64,000 bases of DNA from Heptranchias perlo (GCF_035084215.1 NC_090354.1:10726001-10790000), one strand, 5' to 3'. Positions 48,091 to 62,254 are shown, counted from the first letter of the stretch. Made by a program: numbers and translations. Notes: generated from the letters alone by a model not told the origin.

Positions 48091-48418
48091 TCATCAGTTG
48101 ATTTTGTCTGAGCTTCTGTGACTGTCCTCCACCTCATTTTAAGGCAAGCACATGAATGCTGGTGTTATGTTTTGGACTGTACATGGTCACTTTCATCGAC
48201 TTGTTCTGTACAGCTGCTACATCACTGCTTACAGGACTAATTAGCATATCAGACATTTGATGGCATTTCCTCCACCAAGGGACCCACTATCCTCCTCCAG
48301 GCACTCATCTGCCCAAAGCCATCGAAACTTGCTGGAAGTGACCAGCTGACCTATCAGCTGTCCAGCACTTTGCATTGACTAGTCATGGGTAGTAGGGTCT
48401 ACCGTCAATATAGTTTGT

Positions 48419-49120
48419 TTAACACCTCGGCATTACCATCGTTGAATCCCCTATCAACATCCTGGGGGTTACCATGACCAGAAACTTAACTGGACCAGCC
48501 ACATAAATACTATGACTACAAGAGGTTTGAGGCTGGGTCTTCTGCAGCGAGTGACTCACCTCCTGACTCCCCAAAGCCTTTCCACCATCTACAAAGCACA
48601 AGTCAGGAGTGCGATGGAATACTCTCCACTTGCCTGGATGAGTGCAGCTCCAACACCACTCGAAGCATGACATCATCCAGGACAAAGCAGCCTGCTTGAT
48701 TGGCACCCCATCCACCACCCTAAATATTCACTCCCTTCATCGGCGCACCGTGGCTGCAATGTGTACAATCCCCAGGATGCACTGCAGCAACTTGCCAAGG
48801 CTTCGTCGACAGCACTTCATAAACCCGCGACCTCTACCACCTAGAAGGACAAGGGCAGCAGGAACATGGGAACACCATCTGCGCGTGCCCCTCCAAGTCT
48901 CACACCATCCCGATTTGGAAATATATTGCCATTCCTTCATCATCGGTGGGTCAAAATCCTGGAACTATCTACCTAACAGCACTGTGGGAGAACCTTCACC
49001 ACACGGACTGCAGCGGTTCAAGAAGGTGCCTCACCACCACCTTCACAGGGGCAATTAGGGATGGGCAATAAATGCTGGCCTTGCCAGTGATGCCCACATC
49101 CCATGAATGAATAAAAAAAA
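48419..49120 (+). mobile_element. 3' fragment of the same LINE family as 31708-34358
   Basis: Colinear with the reverse complement of ~31710-32420; ends gggcaattagggatgggcaataaatgc...gaataaaaaaaa. Confidence 0.9.
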
Positions 49121-49789
49121 CCTGATGACACCAGAGGACATGAATGGCACTATAAAAATGCAGCTTTCTTACCAACTCAAGCACTTAGCAGCTATTTGCA
49201 ACTTTTCAATGCATGAAACACTCCTTTTGCCAGAACTGTAGCTCAAAAGAGTCATTTAATGGAACAATAGCAAAAACGTGCAGCAAAACAAAAATTTGAT
49301 AAACTGTGTACATACAATGAATCTAGTTACAGCAGGTGAATGGCACAAAAATACCCAACAAAAAAAGGAATACATTCCAAAATGGGGCAAACCTCAAATA
49401 AAAAAATGATAATTAAACTTCACACCCAAGAAAATATCTATTTGCATTTAATCTGGTTTAGTTAGAGAAATTCCAGTTTTCTAGTTTCAACAGCTCACCT
49501 ATAACCCCTTTAACAGATCCTTGCCTTAAACTTTAGAATTTGTATGACTCAGATTTCCAATCCCTATTTTAAATAATCACAAAAATTCTGGAGCAAAAGG
49601 ATTAAAAGGAATTTAAGCCACCAGTGGGTAACAAGATTGCAAATAGGAGTAATTCCACCCCCACACATACCAGCTGCAACAGGACCTGGTTTTATAACCG
49701 GTGTTTCCTGCTTTCTCTCCATCCAAATGAGACAAGACGATGAAACTGGAGGAGGCAGCTCAAATTACAATGAATTGGACAAAATTTGT

Positions 49790-50480
49790 ACCTCGACAGA
49801 ATACGGGCACGTAAAATTTAATGGAGACAAGGGAAAAGTACTGCACGTAGGAATGAAAAATGGACAACACACTCCAAGAATGGTGTTGAAATAGCCAAAG
49901 ATAAAGTTGACCCAGGAGTCTTGGTATACTCAACATATCCAGGCAACATGTCAAAACAACGGCAATACAAAGTTGAATTATAGAATACAAGTCAGAGGAC
50001 GTCACAATCAAACTGTACAGTGCCCTGGTCAGACGACATCTCGAGTGCTGTTTAGTTCCGGTCAGACACGAAGGAGCTAGTCAAGCATTGGAGACGGCCC
50101 AGAGAAACTCACGAGGCTGATCCCTGCTATCAAAGTTCTTGAGTTCTGAGGAAATATTGGCGAAGTCTGGGCATTTCAGTCTTTGAAATGAAGAATCTGA
50201 GAGGTGATCTTACAGGTACAAAATAACTACACAGTACAGGTAAATCTGGAAATTTTTTAATTAAATTGTTAGCATAGGACCAGATGCTACAGATTCGAAC
50301 CAATAGAAGGCAGATTTAGAAATATTAAAATTTATTCACACAAAGTGATCAATACACTTCCAGTTAGAGTGGTGGGGGTGAAGCCCTAGAATAATTTGAC
50401 AGTTGCACAGTGCAATGGGGAAACTAGTTTTTTTTCCTGGATGGATGAAAGATGGGTTGAATGGTTCTCCCTGTCTGTAA
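49790..50480 (+). mobile_element. Old CR1 3' fragment
   Basis: Remnants of KFNxxKxKVLHVG, EYKS.DV..KLY.ALVR.HLE and ctgagaggtgatctta. Confidence 0.65.
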
Positions 50481-51332
50481 ATATCTTCTGGTCAATCCCC
50501 CTGAACTAAAGCACCCAGTGAAGAGAACTTTGAGTTAATCTTTCTGCATTCACAACTGGCCTTGTAAATCAAGACATGGTAAAAATCTGAAGAGCGCAAG
50601 GACCATGAAAAGTTTCTCTTTACATTAGGAATTAGTATCTGTTAATTTGCTCTAATGCAGTCAAAAAGCTATCATGTAATTGTCTACATTTCTCTGGGTT
50701 TTTCATTCTAAAATGTTCCATTCCTAAAGACTAATCAGCCATCCCACAGAGCCAGTGTTACCGAATGGGAAGGAGAATAAAGAGTTACTCAGGGCTGCTG
50801 GCAAAACCAGCAGGGATCAACACTGCTTTTATTAATTATATTTGGCAATATTCTCCCTTTACTTTCTAAAGAGCTCATTCTCTGTTGTATAAACTACAGT
50901 TAGAGAGAGGGAGAGGGAAAGGGAGAGAAAAAGAAAATGAGAAAGAGAAAAAGATTGGGGGGGGGAAAAAAAAAGAGAAAGATTAAATACAGTAGATTAT
51001 ATGGCTCATTTGGGATGAATGAAATTCTCCTGAATATTAAGAACTGCCCTCGAGACCTGGCATTCTCAATCCAGCTCCAGTCACACAAATGGTAGGTTTC
51101 TAAATTGATTTCTGATCCAAACCCATTAGGTTGCCGATTTCTTAAAAACTTCTCCAAATTCAAACCAGGTGCTGAAAGTGGCAAAATAACCATGACATGC
51201 TCAAGTGTTTCTTCAAGCTTTTTGCATGAACAATTAGAGTTCACATTCTTTTAGAGATCAATATCCTCTGTACATTTTATCACCTAGGTTTTATTCAGGA
51301 AACCACAGCACCTCACTTTGAACTGGAGTGGT

Positions 51333-51338
51333 TTTATT
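51333..51338 (-). terminator. Candidate RAB5C polyadenylation signal
   Basis: AATAAA on the minus strand about 1.55 kb after the stop; other candidates lie near 52054, 51400 and 50828. Confidence 0.3.
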
Positions 51339-52894
51339 TGTTGCAAGTTCACAATGTTACCAAAGGAAGCTAGATACACCATTTCTTTAAGTTGATAAGT
51401 TTATTAGAAGTAATTAGCACTCATTTGTGGAATACTAAACCACGAGTGCTTGGCTATCAAAATGTCCCTCAGTTCCAGAATGTTACGGGCTGTTGCACAG
51501 TAGTGTGTACAAGTCCACATTTGATACCAGTAGGTTACACTCATATGGAAACTGCAGATTGAGATTGTGGTGCAATTATTGCAAGGTACCAGTTACAGGA
51601 GGAGCCCTGCATTGTACTCAGTGCAAGTCATCCTTGAACTAGGACTACTTACTGAAGTTAGTGAAAATGAAGTCACTCAGAACGAGATGAAGTTTCATTA
51701 TCACTACCAGTTTAAAAAGCCACTCTCAACCTTTTACATTCTAAATCCTGGTCACATTAGCCCATTTTCTCTCAAGCTAGCTGGCATGAATGTCTGAAGA
51801 TGCAATTAACACTTCCAGTGTGCAATACTGTACTTGAAGCATACTTTATACCAAATTGTTACAAGAATTAGTTCCACCATACGGATTTGCAAAGTTGTAA
51901 AATTAATACTTCAATACATAAAAGATACTGTTGGTTAATTGCTACTTGTATTACTACAAGTAATGCAACCCCAAGGGAGTCGGTATTTTAAAAAGTTCAA
52001 CATACTATTACAGAACAAATTCAAACTGGAATTAATTGATACCTCCCTCTATTTTTATTTGTCAAATTACAGATTTTTGTATTACAGACTGGTATTTCTC
52101 ACAGGCAAGCTCGTTCTTTCACTATCAATGGTCACAGCGTGACACACGCTCCACAAATCTGAGCATTGTGCAAGAATGTAATTACTGACATTAGTGACAT
52201 CACATCGCCTCCAAAGACAACAAAATTTACAAGTTATTGCAAAAATCTGAACAGAATAGTGCATTACACTAGAAACCAAAAAGAAAACTCCATGCTTTCT
52301 GAACACAAAGAGGAAGAGCAAAATAGCTATATTGGAAGGTGCTGTATGGACATAATGGTTTACTGATTGAATACATGGTAAAGAAAACTTACATTACAAT
52401 TAGAGAGAAATCCTTTTCAAAATTCATAATTGTGATTTGGTCAAAACCACGAGCATTTAACCACTGATTCCTGTGTTAAATTAATATTTGTTACATTTAT
52501 TGGATGGGTTGTGTACTAAGTAAGTAGTTCTTTAGGCAGATTTTCACAAAAAGACACCTAATCTATTTTTTTTTAAATCTTTTCTCCAGAATATTATACA
52601 AGATTGTAGAGTCTGAAAATGAAGGAATCGCCCAGATAAAGTTGGGTCAAAATAACTGGTGCATGCATCCGCCACCGGAATTAGAAGGGAAGAGCAAAAG
52701 GTTCTTATTTATAAAAAAAGTGATTTAAGACTTAAAATTTATTTTATATGGAAAAAGTGTTGGCGGATTTCCTCCAGTCTGATCGGAGTGGTGTGAAGAA
52801 TCAATGCAGCGATCTGCGGCCGCTCTTATGGTAAGTGCGAGTGGTAAAGGGGATTCCGGTCGGGGTTTTGTGAAGACACCTGCCAGTTACCAGT

Positions 52895-53010
52895 TTAATT
52901 GCTGCAGCACTGGCTCCGACTCTGTGGACTGGTCTCCTGGAGGTCCACGCCCCTGGTTCGGCCTGAGCTTCCACCTGCGTTCTGAGGTTCATTCTTCGGC
53001 AGCTTTTTGG
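52895..53010 (-). CDS. rab5c: RAB5C last coding exon
   Basis: Acceptor tag at 53011-53013; (A)[37 protein letters not shown] then TAA at 52895-52897. CCSN is the prenylation motif, and SRSQCCSN matches RAB5C. Confidence 0.93.
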
Positions 53011-55706
53011 CTATACGAGGGTTTTAAAAAAGACATAGCAAGTTATTATGGACCTTCCTCTACTTTAACATAAAATTCAGTCATGCACAAATTATTGAGA
53101 AATGATAGATAAAAATTTCAGACAACCTCTAGTTGCTACTGTCATCTCCCGAGAGGCTGAAACTCCAACTCGCGTGTGGAAATTAAGGCCAGGATGTTGG
53201 CCTAAAGAAACTTTAAGGCTGCAAGATAGACTCATGGCCCTTGGCCTTTTCTGCTCCCAACCTCAGATTGGGGGATGTTTTCAGATTTCCACCTGCCCTG
53301 GAGATACCCAACTCCAGCTGCACTTCTGGCCCCAGGTACATTTATACAGGAGGCCAGCCAGCTCCTGGCTTCCATCAGAAAGTGTAGGAGCAAAGACTTG
53401 CTGCAGCTGGCCACAGAGGCTTTTAAAATCCCCTACCAAGAAAATATTGATGGTGCCTGGTCACTGCTCTGTTCACAACACTCCCTTTTTTTTGCCAAGG
53501 TCCCCCCCTCCACCAACCTTTGAACATTGGGGCCAAACAGGCAGCTTTTGTGTCCAGTGTCTGAAGAGTACAAATGGCAGGAAACATGGCAGAAGCATGG
53601 TTTACATACACCTGCCCATTGAGGGGTGGGGTCAGGGTGGAAGACACAGAAAGCCTGGACTATGAAGTTCAGACAAAGATGTCACAATGGTGTTCATGGG
53701 GTGGAGCAAAAGGCCCGCTTGGAGATCACCAATAAGCCTCAAAACTAGAATGTTTTCTCATGGAATATATCAAGAACAATGCTCAGTTTCAGGTGCCAAA
53801 AAACAAGGTGTAAAGTGATTATCTTGATACATAAGGATCTTCCACCTGATAATTCATGCAATTAGAGTAGATCATTTTCTAGATGCTAAGAATGCATCCT
53901 TTACAAAAGATGGAGCTTCAGTTGGTCTTTTGCTCAAAAATTGAGCTATCCGTAGAAGGTCTGAGGGGAACTATTCTGATGGAACACTCATTTTAAGATA
54001 ATGCACCTAGCTTTGTGGAAGAGCTAGAGGTCATGATATACAGCTTTAAACTATCCAGGCGCTGAGGCTTCGTAAGTGGATGATTATTGCTTGGCTTACA
54101 CAGATTTATTATTTAGGTTCTGAAGCCCTAGAGGGAATATTTGAAGAATGACAGTTTACAGGAGGCATGCATCCAGTGTTATTCACAGAAGTAGGTGGGA
54201 ATTCCACCCAGTTCTGGATAAGATTAAACATGTGGCAGTTAAATTGAACATCTGGTTTCCAAAAAAACTTTAAATCTTAAATTTCTAGGTGAGTCCAAAC
54301 CTGAGGCACGACAACCATTTTAAAAAGTCAGTGCTACGAATTGTATTTGTGTTTTGAGCATTGGGATTTAATTCTGTCCCATTCCTTGCTTTCTGCCTAG
54401 AACCAGATTGCTGATCTGCAACTAAGCAGTAACCTGGGTGGAGGAAGGGGGGGGCGGGGGGAAAAAGCCAGTAAGCAGCACGTTGGGTGCAGGAGGAAGC
54501 AAAGTGCCAGTGTTTACTGATGGCAGAGGTGAGGGGGGTGGGGAAATGGGCCAGTATGAATTGGAGAGGTTGCAAAGAGACAAGAGTCCCAACTTGAACT
54601 GGGTTAGAGGGCAGTAGAGTGTCAAGTTTAATTCAAGTGTCTGTGAAAAAGATTAAAAATTTATCAACTGTCTAAATGTTGAGCATTAACTAGAATACAC
54701 TTTTAATCTAAAAATTCAAAATTTTTCAAGAACCACCTAAAAATGCACAAGCTGGCATAACTGAAAGGAATGCACACAATTCTAAATTTGCTGCCCTGAT
54801 TGGTCACCCATGGGCAATAAGATCCTCGAGCTGCTAACGGAGATAGATAGATATATTTTAGAGTTGTTGATACAAGTAGTTTTAAAATGTGAAATACAAT
54901 TCATTCCCAAATGCCAAGCAACTTTCAATAAAAGTCAGCACATCTCTTTACGCTTGGAATTTTGGGAGAAAACTGTCCATTTTAGATTCTAAAATATTAC
55001 AAAATTAATCAATCAAAAATCAACTTTTCCAGGTTGGTTTGGTTTTGGGGGGGGGGGGGGCATGAATTTTGTACATTTTGTATGTATTTCTTCTTCAGGC
55101 TCATATTTAACATTTTCTCTTTTCAATACAAGCAAAGGATATCAGGTGCACTTACAGTGCATGTTAAAAAAAACATGTAACTACTTGTTTTCACAAGTTA
55201 TCAGATTATCAGGACAGTTCTTGAGCAGCTTTTATTAGTTTAGCATAAATGCATGATGATGCTACCACAAAAGACTTATTACTTGCAATTGGCTGATCTA
55301 AAGTAGTGATTCAGTATATCTCCTAAGGAACAGAAACAGCAAGATCCTGTTAATAAACTAGAGCATGATGTAACTTCAAAGTGAAAAATTCCTGCAGGGA
55401 TACTGCCCAGCAATTCACCTTCAATGATTCCAATCTCAATGTATGTGGAGGATAAATGAATGAACAAAGTGCATTAAAAAAAACATTACACTTACCACTT
55501 TAAATGAATCAATGCACAACTTTGTGCTATGAATCAGCAGGGCTACAAAAGGGCTGAACCAACCAATCTAACAGAAAATGCAGTTCCAGAGAAGACAACA
55601 TACATGCAATTATCAAAAGGCAGAACAAAAAATGACAGGTGATCAGAAAACATATTTTTAAGAAAAAAAGAGAATCTGGCTGCATACTTCAAGAATAGTC
55701 ACATAC

Positions 55707-55800
55707 CTATGGCCATAAATATTTCATTCACATTCATTGCAGTCTTTGCTGATGTCTCCATGAACAGCAAACTGTTGTCATCTGCATATGCTTGTGCTTC
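55707..55800 (-). CDS. rab5c: RAB5C internal exon (94 bp)
   Basis: cag|[31 protein letters not shown]|gtatgt, containing the G5 motif ETSAK. Confidence 0.95.
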
Positions 55801-55959
55801 CTGCAAGACAAAGCAACCTGAATTCTAAGCAGCAGCAGCACCCAAATGTCTGGTACAGCCCACACATCTAAATACAAAATAAACTGGGGCTGCAAGAACT
55901 AAATTTTATACGAGGAGAAAACTGAAGGCACATAAACTCAATTTTGTACAATGACTTAC

Positions 55960-56082
55960 CTGGAATTCCACAGCTCTCTTATTTGCAAGGTCAGCCTTGT
56001 TACCAGATAATGCAATCACTATATTTGGGCTGGCTTGTCGCTGCAGTTCTTTTACCCAGTTCTTGGCTCGTGCAAAAGTGTC
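55960..56082 (-). CDS. rab5c: RAB5C internal exon (123 bp)
   Basis: aag|[41 protein letters not shown]|gtaagt, containing the G4 motif NKAD. Confidence 0.95.
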
Positions 56083-56189
56083 CTTTAAATAAACAATAAA
56101 TTCATTATTGGAGCAGAGCTGCAGATCCATAACAGATTTCATCCCACTGTCGAGCATACATCTCCCGGTGGCTCGTTAGGAAGCGGTAC

Positions 56190-58245
56190 ATCAACTTGCA
56201 TATATATAGCGCCTTAAACGTAGTAAAACGTCTCAAGGTGCTTCAAAGGAGCGTTATCAAATAAAATTTGACACCAAGCCACAAAGGGTATTAGGACAGG
56301 TGACTTGGTCAAAGAGATAGGTTTTAAAGAGAGTCATAAAGGAGGAGAGGAGTGTAGAGGGGTTTAGGGAGGGAATTCTAGAGTTTAGGGCCCAGGCAGC
56401 TGAAGGCACAGCCACCAATGGTGCAGTGATTAGAATTGGGGATGCGCAAGAGGCAAGAATTGGAGGCGCATGGAGATCTTGGAGGTTAGAGATAGGGAGG
56501 GGCAAGGTTATGGAGGGATTTGAAAACAAGGGTAAGAATTTTAAAATTGAGGCATTCCCTCACCACACAGACTGCAGCGGCTCACCACCACCTTCTCGAG
56601 GGCAATTAGGGATGGGCAATAAATGCCAGCTTCGCCAGCGACACCCACATCCCACGAGCGAATAAAAAAAATTCCCAGACTGGGAATGGTAGGTGAACGG
56701 GACTTGGTGCCAGTTAGGATACAGGCAGCAGCGTTTTGGATGAGCTCAATTTTATGGAGAGTGGAAGATGGGAGTCCAGCCAGGAGAGCATTGGAATGGT
56801 TGAATCTAGGAGGTAACCATTGGAATGGTTGAATCTAGGAGGTAACAAAGGCTTGGATGAGGGTTTCAGCAGATGAGCTGAGGCACGGGCAGGGGCAGAG
56901 ACGGGTGATGTTATGGAAATGGAAGTAGGCAGTCTTGGAGTGGATATGTGATTGGAAGCTCATCTCAGGGTCAAATAGGACACCAAGGCTGCGAACGGTC
57001 TGGTTCAGCCTCAGACGGTGGCCAGCGTGAGGGATGGAGTTGGTGGCTAAGGAACGGAGTTTGTGGCGGGGACCAAAGACAATGGCTTCGGTCTTCCGAA
57101 TATTTAGTTGGAGAAAATGTTTGCTCATCCAGTCAAGTAAGTAGTGTGGCAAATGAGAGACAGTGGCCGATTCGAGAGGGGTGATGGTGAGGTAGGGCTG
57201 GATGTAGCCAGCATATATGTGGAATCTGAATAGATAAGAATGGATCCAAGCGAGCGCAGTCCCACCCAGCTGGACGATGGAGGAGAGGCATTGGAGGAGG
57301 ATGGTGTAGGTCAACCGTGGCAACGGCTGCAGACAGGTTGAGAAGGAGGAGGAGGGATAGTTTACCATCACAGTCACATTGGATGTCATTTGTGACTAAG
57401 CCGTTGCAGTTCTGAGACAGGGGCGGCAACCTGATTGGAGGGATTCAAATATGGAGTTGCGGGAAAGATGGGCACGGATTTGGGAGGCAACAACACGTTC
57501 AAGGGCGAGGGGAAAGGGAGGTTGGAGATGGGGCAGTAGTTTGAGAGGACAGAGGAGTCAAGGGTTTTTTTTTGGGGGGTGAAATGGTAACGGCAGATTT
57601 GAAGGGGAGACGGACAAAACCAGAGAGAAACAATAACAATAATATCAGCTAACATGGTGGCCAGGAAGGGAAGTTGGGTGGTCAGCAGTTTGGTGGGAAT
57701 AGGGTCGAGGGAGCAGGAGGTGGGTCTCATGGTCAAGATGAGCTGAGAAAGGGCATGGGGATAGGAGAAAAACTAGACAGATGCAAGTTCACGGCTAGGG
57801 CAGGGGGGAACCTTAGGGTTGGTGGGCTAGGGGAAGGGAGGGAAGTGGCAGAAGCAGCTGAACAGATGGCCTCAATCTTAGTGGCAAAGTAGTCCATGAG
57901 CTCCTCACACTTGTTGGAGGTGAGGGTGGAGGAGGCAGGGGAAGAGGGGTTTAAGACTGTTTGTAGTGAGGAGAAGCCAGGGGTTATCTTTGCATTCCAG
58001 GATGATCCTGGAATAGTGAGCAGTTTTGGCAGGGGAGATCAGGACCCAGCAGTACTTTACGTGGCCCAGCCAGATCTGGCGATGAATGGCTGAACCAGTT
58101 GTCCATCATAAACATTCAAGTCTGTGTCCCTTGGACTTAAGGGAGCGGAGATATGGGCCATACCAGGGAGAACGACCAGAGCGAAAGAGGGTAATGGTTT
58201 TAATGGGGACAAGGGCATCAAAGGTGGAGGTGAGGGTGTGATTTA
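56190..58245 (-). mobile_element. L2 LINE, degraded ORF2 and 3' end, in a RAB5C intron
   Basis: SCSLDPIPTKLL, NYCPISNLPF, FLQLNIRKTEAIVFG, VRSLGVLFD and the L2 tail acttgcatatatatagcgcc. Confidence 0.9.
56560..56670 (+). mobile_element. ~110-bp 3' end of the 31.7/48.4-kb LINE family nested in L2
   Basis: gggcaattagggatgggcaataaatgc...gaataaaaaaa, flanked by ATTCCC at 56554-56559 and 56671-56676. Confidence 0.85.
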
Positions 58246-60006
58246 GCTATTACTGTAGCTACTGATCTGCTCAGTCAATTTAGACAGGAAATGGTACACA
58301 GTCTTAAAATTTTCAATGAGCTACACAATCTAGCAATCTCTTGCCTTACACTGCAGGGTTTTAGGTTATCTGCTACCCAATTTGCTTGAGAAGTAAGGCG
58401 CTCCCGGGCAACTAAATTTGATTCAACAGTTGACTATTCAGGCATAAAACACTACCTAATTTGGAAAATATTTTTGCTAACTAATACTACATAAATAAAT
58501 ACACAGCATTATTAAACCAGTTTCAAAAAAGCTCTTGTGACTGAACAAATGAGCAACTTCAATTGCTCAGAGGCAAGACTGGAACATGTACAGGCTCAGG
58601 TGCTGACAATGTTGTTGATATTATGCGGCAAGTTTTTAAAAAATCGTACGTTCAAGGTAATAAGTACCAAGACACTCAATTGCACATGCAAAACAAGTGG
58701 GGGGGGGGGGGGGGGAAGGGAAGTGATGAGGGTGAGGGGTTATGGTAAGTAGATAAAAATGTCAGGAGATGTCTCTGTGTGCGTTAGTGCTAAGAGTTTT
58801 AGTTACATGAATGACTTAAATAAAATACTAGAAGCAAAGTTAAGTTTAGCAAATCAACATTCATAGCACGCAATAGTGAGCAGGAACCAAAAATCCAATG
58901 AAGTTTTGCAATTAACGCTCAAGTACAGAACACTTATAAACATCCCAGTCTGGATTCCCAGCGTGTCAATTTGAAATGAGGAAATAATGAAAAGAAAATA
59001 CTTGTAAGTTTGGTAACAGCTGCAAATGAAGGTCATATGTCAGAGGGGAAAACCATCAGATATTACAGATCTATAAATAGGGCTTGGGGATGGTTCCAGG
59101 CCTGCTCACTTTTTAAAGCGACACGTCACACTGAACAAGTTTAGCTGAATTCACTGAGAAACTAACAATTTGTAGGCATGACCGAGGTAATCTCGGTTGT
59201 TGAACTTGATTTTCAGCAAGTATTTAATATGGTTAATGGTAAGCCCATTTGTATTGAATTGCCCCTGTGTTAGTGAGTTGAGAATTTAGTGTTCATTGAT
59301 AGAGTATTAATGTACCTCTTTCCTCCTCCCCAAACTTAAAACAAATGAACCTTCAGGTTTACGAACAGACACAAGACTCAACATGTAGAAATAATTTGGT
59401 TTTGTTTAAGATTTCGTGCCTAGATGCACACAACTAGAATATTTTAGGAAAAGTCAATTGGACGAGCAGGTAACAAGATCTGATAGAATCCTGCTATGGT
59501 TGAATTTGAAACCCAGCAAGCACCAACACCCAATTACCAACTCTGAATTTCATCAGTTTTCTGTCAAGCTACACAAGGATATTATAGAAAGGGAAATTTA
59601 CAAAGGAGATTATATGACTCCAGGTGGGTGGGTGGGGGGGGGTGTATGTATTGTGATGCATGAGGCATCAAAACAGACATAATGGATGGGCCAGGTGGTC
59701 GTCTCCTGTCTGCCATTTTTGTACGTTGATGCGCTTGGTTTCTTAATGGACGAGGAGCATAACAGAAGCCGTGGACTAAATCTAAAATCAACGCTTTTAG
59801 CCATGTTAAAATGAACAGAAAACACTCTGGCCAAAGATATTTGTTTAGCATCATAGGTCCTAGTCAGTGAAAATTTACAATTCATCTGAGGAGGCTAAGA
59901 GCCCTCTTCAGTATGTACATCAGTGCCTGCCTCAATTCAAAAGGGAGGACATTCTTTTGGGTGGGGAAGGAGGGAGAAGAGGAAAAGGCAGCAAGAGATT
60001 ACTTAC

Positions 60007-60158
60007 TGTGTTGGTTATATCGTAGACCACAATGGCAGCCTGTGCCCCCCTGTAGTACATTGGTGCCAAGCTATGATATCTCTCTTGCCCAGCAGTATCC
60101 CAGATCTCAAATTTAACCGTCGTATCATCCAAGCAGACCGTCTGCGTTAGAAAGGCAG
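60007..60158 (-). CDS. rab5c: RAB5C internal exon (152 bp); the first coding exon lies beyond the window
   Basis: ttcag|(A)[50 protein letters not shown]|gtaagt, containing the G3 motif WDTAGQE. Phases join correctly with the downstream exons. Confidence 0.96.
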
Positions 60159-60914
60159 CTGAAAGTAAAATTTGATACAGGTACTCATTTCAGGCAATGA
60201 GAAAAGGAAAATAAAAGTTTCCTGTATTTAGTCTGATGTTAAACTATTTTTTTAAAGTTCAAAACCTGGTGCAGAGTAGGAAAAATAATCTTGTTGGTTT
60301 GGCCTCAAGCCCACAGTTACATCTAAAACAGTTACTAAGCCAGCAGCCCTGATTATTTCCAATGTAATCCAATTAATCAGCTCCAGTTCTTTCTAAATCA
60401 GTTTTGTTTCATTATGCTGCAACATTTTATTTGTGAAAGGGCCAAGTTCTAGGAAGTTAACTATGTACATTTTCTGGAACCATCAAATCCATTGGTCTGC
60501 GCCCCTTCGTGCTCAATTGGGTCAGTGCTTTAAAGGCACCTGCTGTTTTAAAGTTCAGTTACTCCTGTGAACTGAAGTGATAGCACAGTTTTATACAAGA
60601 AATTAATCAATAAGCAATAGGATCTCAACTGATCAGTTTGAATTCATGTTTAGGGTCTGCAAAGCATGCACAGGAATAACGAAGCAAAAGTTTGTGAACT
60701 ATGTTTAGTTCAATCTTGGTGAAGGAATGCTAAAAAAGAGAAAAAAAAGTCAACGGAATCTTAGTAACCTCACAGGCAAACTTCAAGCTGCGTAGTTGGC
60801 AATTTTGCCAGAAGGAAATAAGTCATCTGGGAACGAAAGATGGCTTAATTTTTCAATAATATTTAATAGTCTCATGCCAGCTACTGCACATTTTGGAGAG
60901 CTTATGGGACTCAA

Positions 60915-61318
60915 TGTCAGCGTGACTGTGTGCAAGCACGCTCACCTGAGTCAGGAGATCATGAGTTCGAGCCCCAATCCATAGACTTTAGAACATAATC
61001 CAGGCTGACACTTGTGTAGTAGAGGGTCCAGCAGTCGGAAATGCTGCTTCGACCAAGACGTTAAACCGTGACCCTGCCTGCCCTCAGCATTATTTGAAGA
61101 TGAGTTCTCCTAGTGCCCCGGCCAACATTTATCCCTCGACCAATATTACTAAAATAGAAATGACCAGATAATCTCTCATTGCTATTCATGCCAAGTTGCA
61201 GCCAAGTTTGCCTACATTACAACACTGACTACATTTTTAAAGTCCTTCATTGGCTGCAAAGTGTTTTGGGTGCCCCGTGTAATTGAAAGGTGCTATATAA
61301 ATGCAAGGTTGTCCTTTT
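60915..61318 (+). mobile_element. Degraded DeuSINE
   Basis: gagttcgagccc B-box, gttaaaccg, ggccaacatttatccctc, tgaaaggtgctatataaatgcaag tail. Confidence 0.75.
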
Positions 61319-62254
61319 TATTAGGATTGAAGGCCATTTCAATTTTGGCACAATCTCTTCCAGTGCACCTGAATCAAGTATATGTTCTAAGCTTCTTCGA
61401 TTATCTTCAGTCAGTGTACTACCATTTCATGTGTAAACTTCAAAGATCACACTCTGCAAATTCACATAACAGACTTGTGTTTTTGGATCCAAGTCTGCTC
61501 TTTGTAGAGCTCAAGTAATCACACCAATATAGGGAGCAAGCTGCTTTAACGGTACAGAATAATATTCTCCAGTCATCTAACAATGACTCAGGACAGCAGC
61601 CCCTACATTAAAATGCATATTCTTTAGGGCAGTTATCTTTCTGGTTCATGCTAAATAAACAGCTCCAAATGCACCTTTGCACAAGAGAAACAAACTTGCA
61701 TTACTATTACATTCTAAATCCAAGCTTGGGAATGACAGTATTACCAAAGTATTAAAAGCATTAAGAAAAAGTAATGGTAGTCATTCCCTGCTGGAACTAG
61801 AGATTTACAAGCTCCTATCAAAGTAAAGTGGCTGTTTCACACTGCCTCCTTCTGACCAGCACTTACCACCTGCAAACTTCCCTCAAAAATAATTAAACTA
61901 ATTGACCTCAGGCTTGTGCTTACTTATAGAAATTAGACTTTGCGGTCTTAAAAGGTACAGGCCAGCTTTAACAGTTCTGATATTAACAACCATATAACGT
62001 GCAATCTGTTCTAACACTACAATAGCTATAAAAAGTGTTGGGTTTTTTCATATAGCTGTCTCCAGCTGCTGACAAGTCTTGCCCATTCAATACTGCATAT
62101 TTGTTTACACAAACTATAGCAATCAAGCCCATGCATTAAAACAGGCAACGGAGTAGCATTTGGGAATCAGACACTCTGCTGTAAAATGTACAAACATCCA
62201 GCATCTTAGTAGATATTCTGCACACACATCTTAAGGCATTTCTTTATTAAGATA

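Noticed and set aside
53102-53750. 187-aa ORF and possible MITE in the last rab5c intron
   Set aside because: No recognisable protein. The ends (gaggct...ctcca / tggag...agcctc) are only weakly inverted, so it may be a degraded non-autonomous element but cannot be supported.
55906-56157. ORF-track Rab fragments as standalone genes (also 59932-60132)
   Set aside because: They are single exons read through into introns; canonical splice sites define shorter exons that join in frame.
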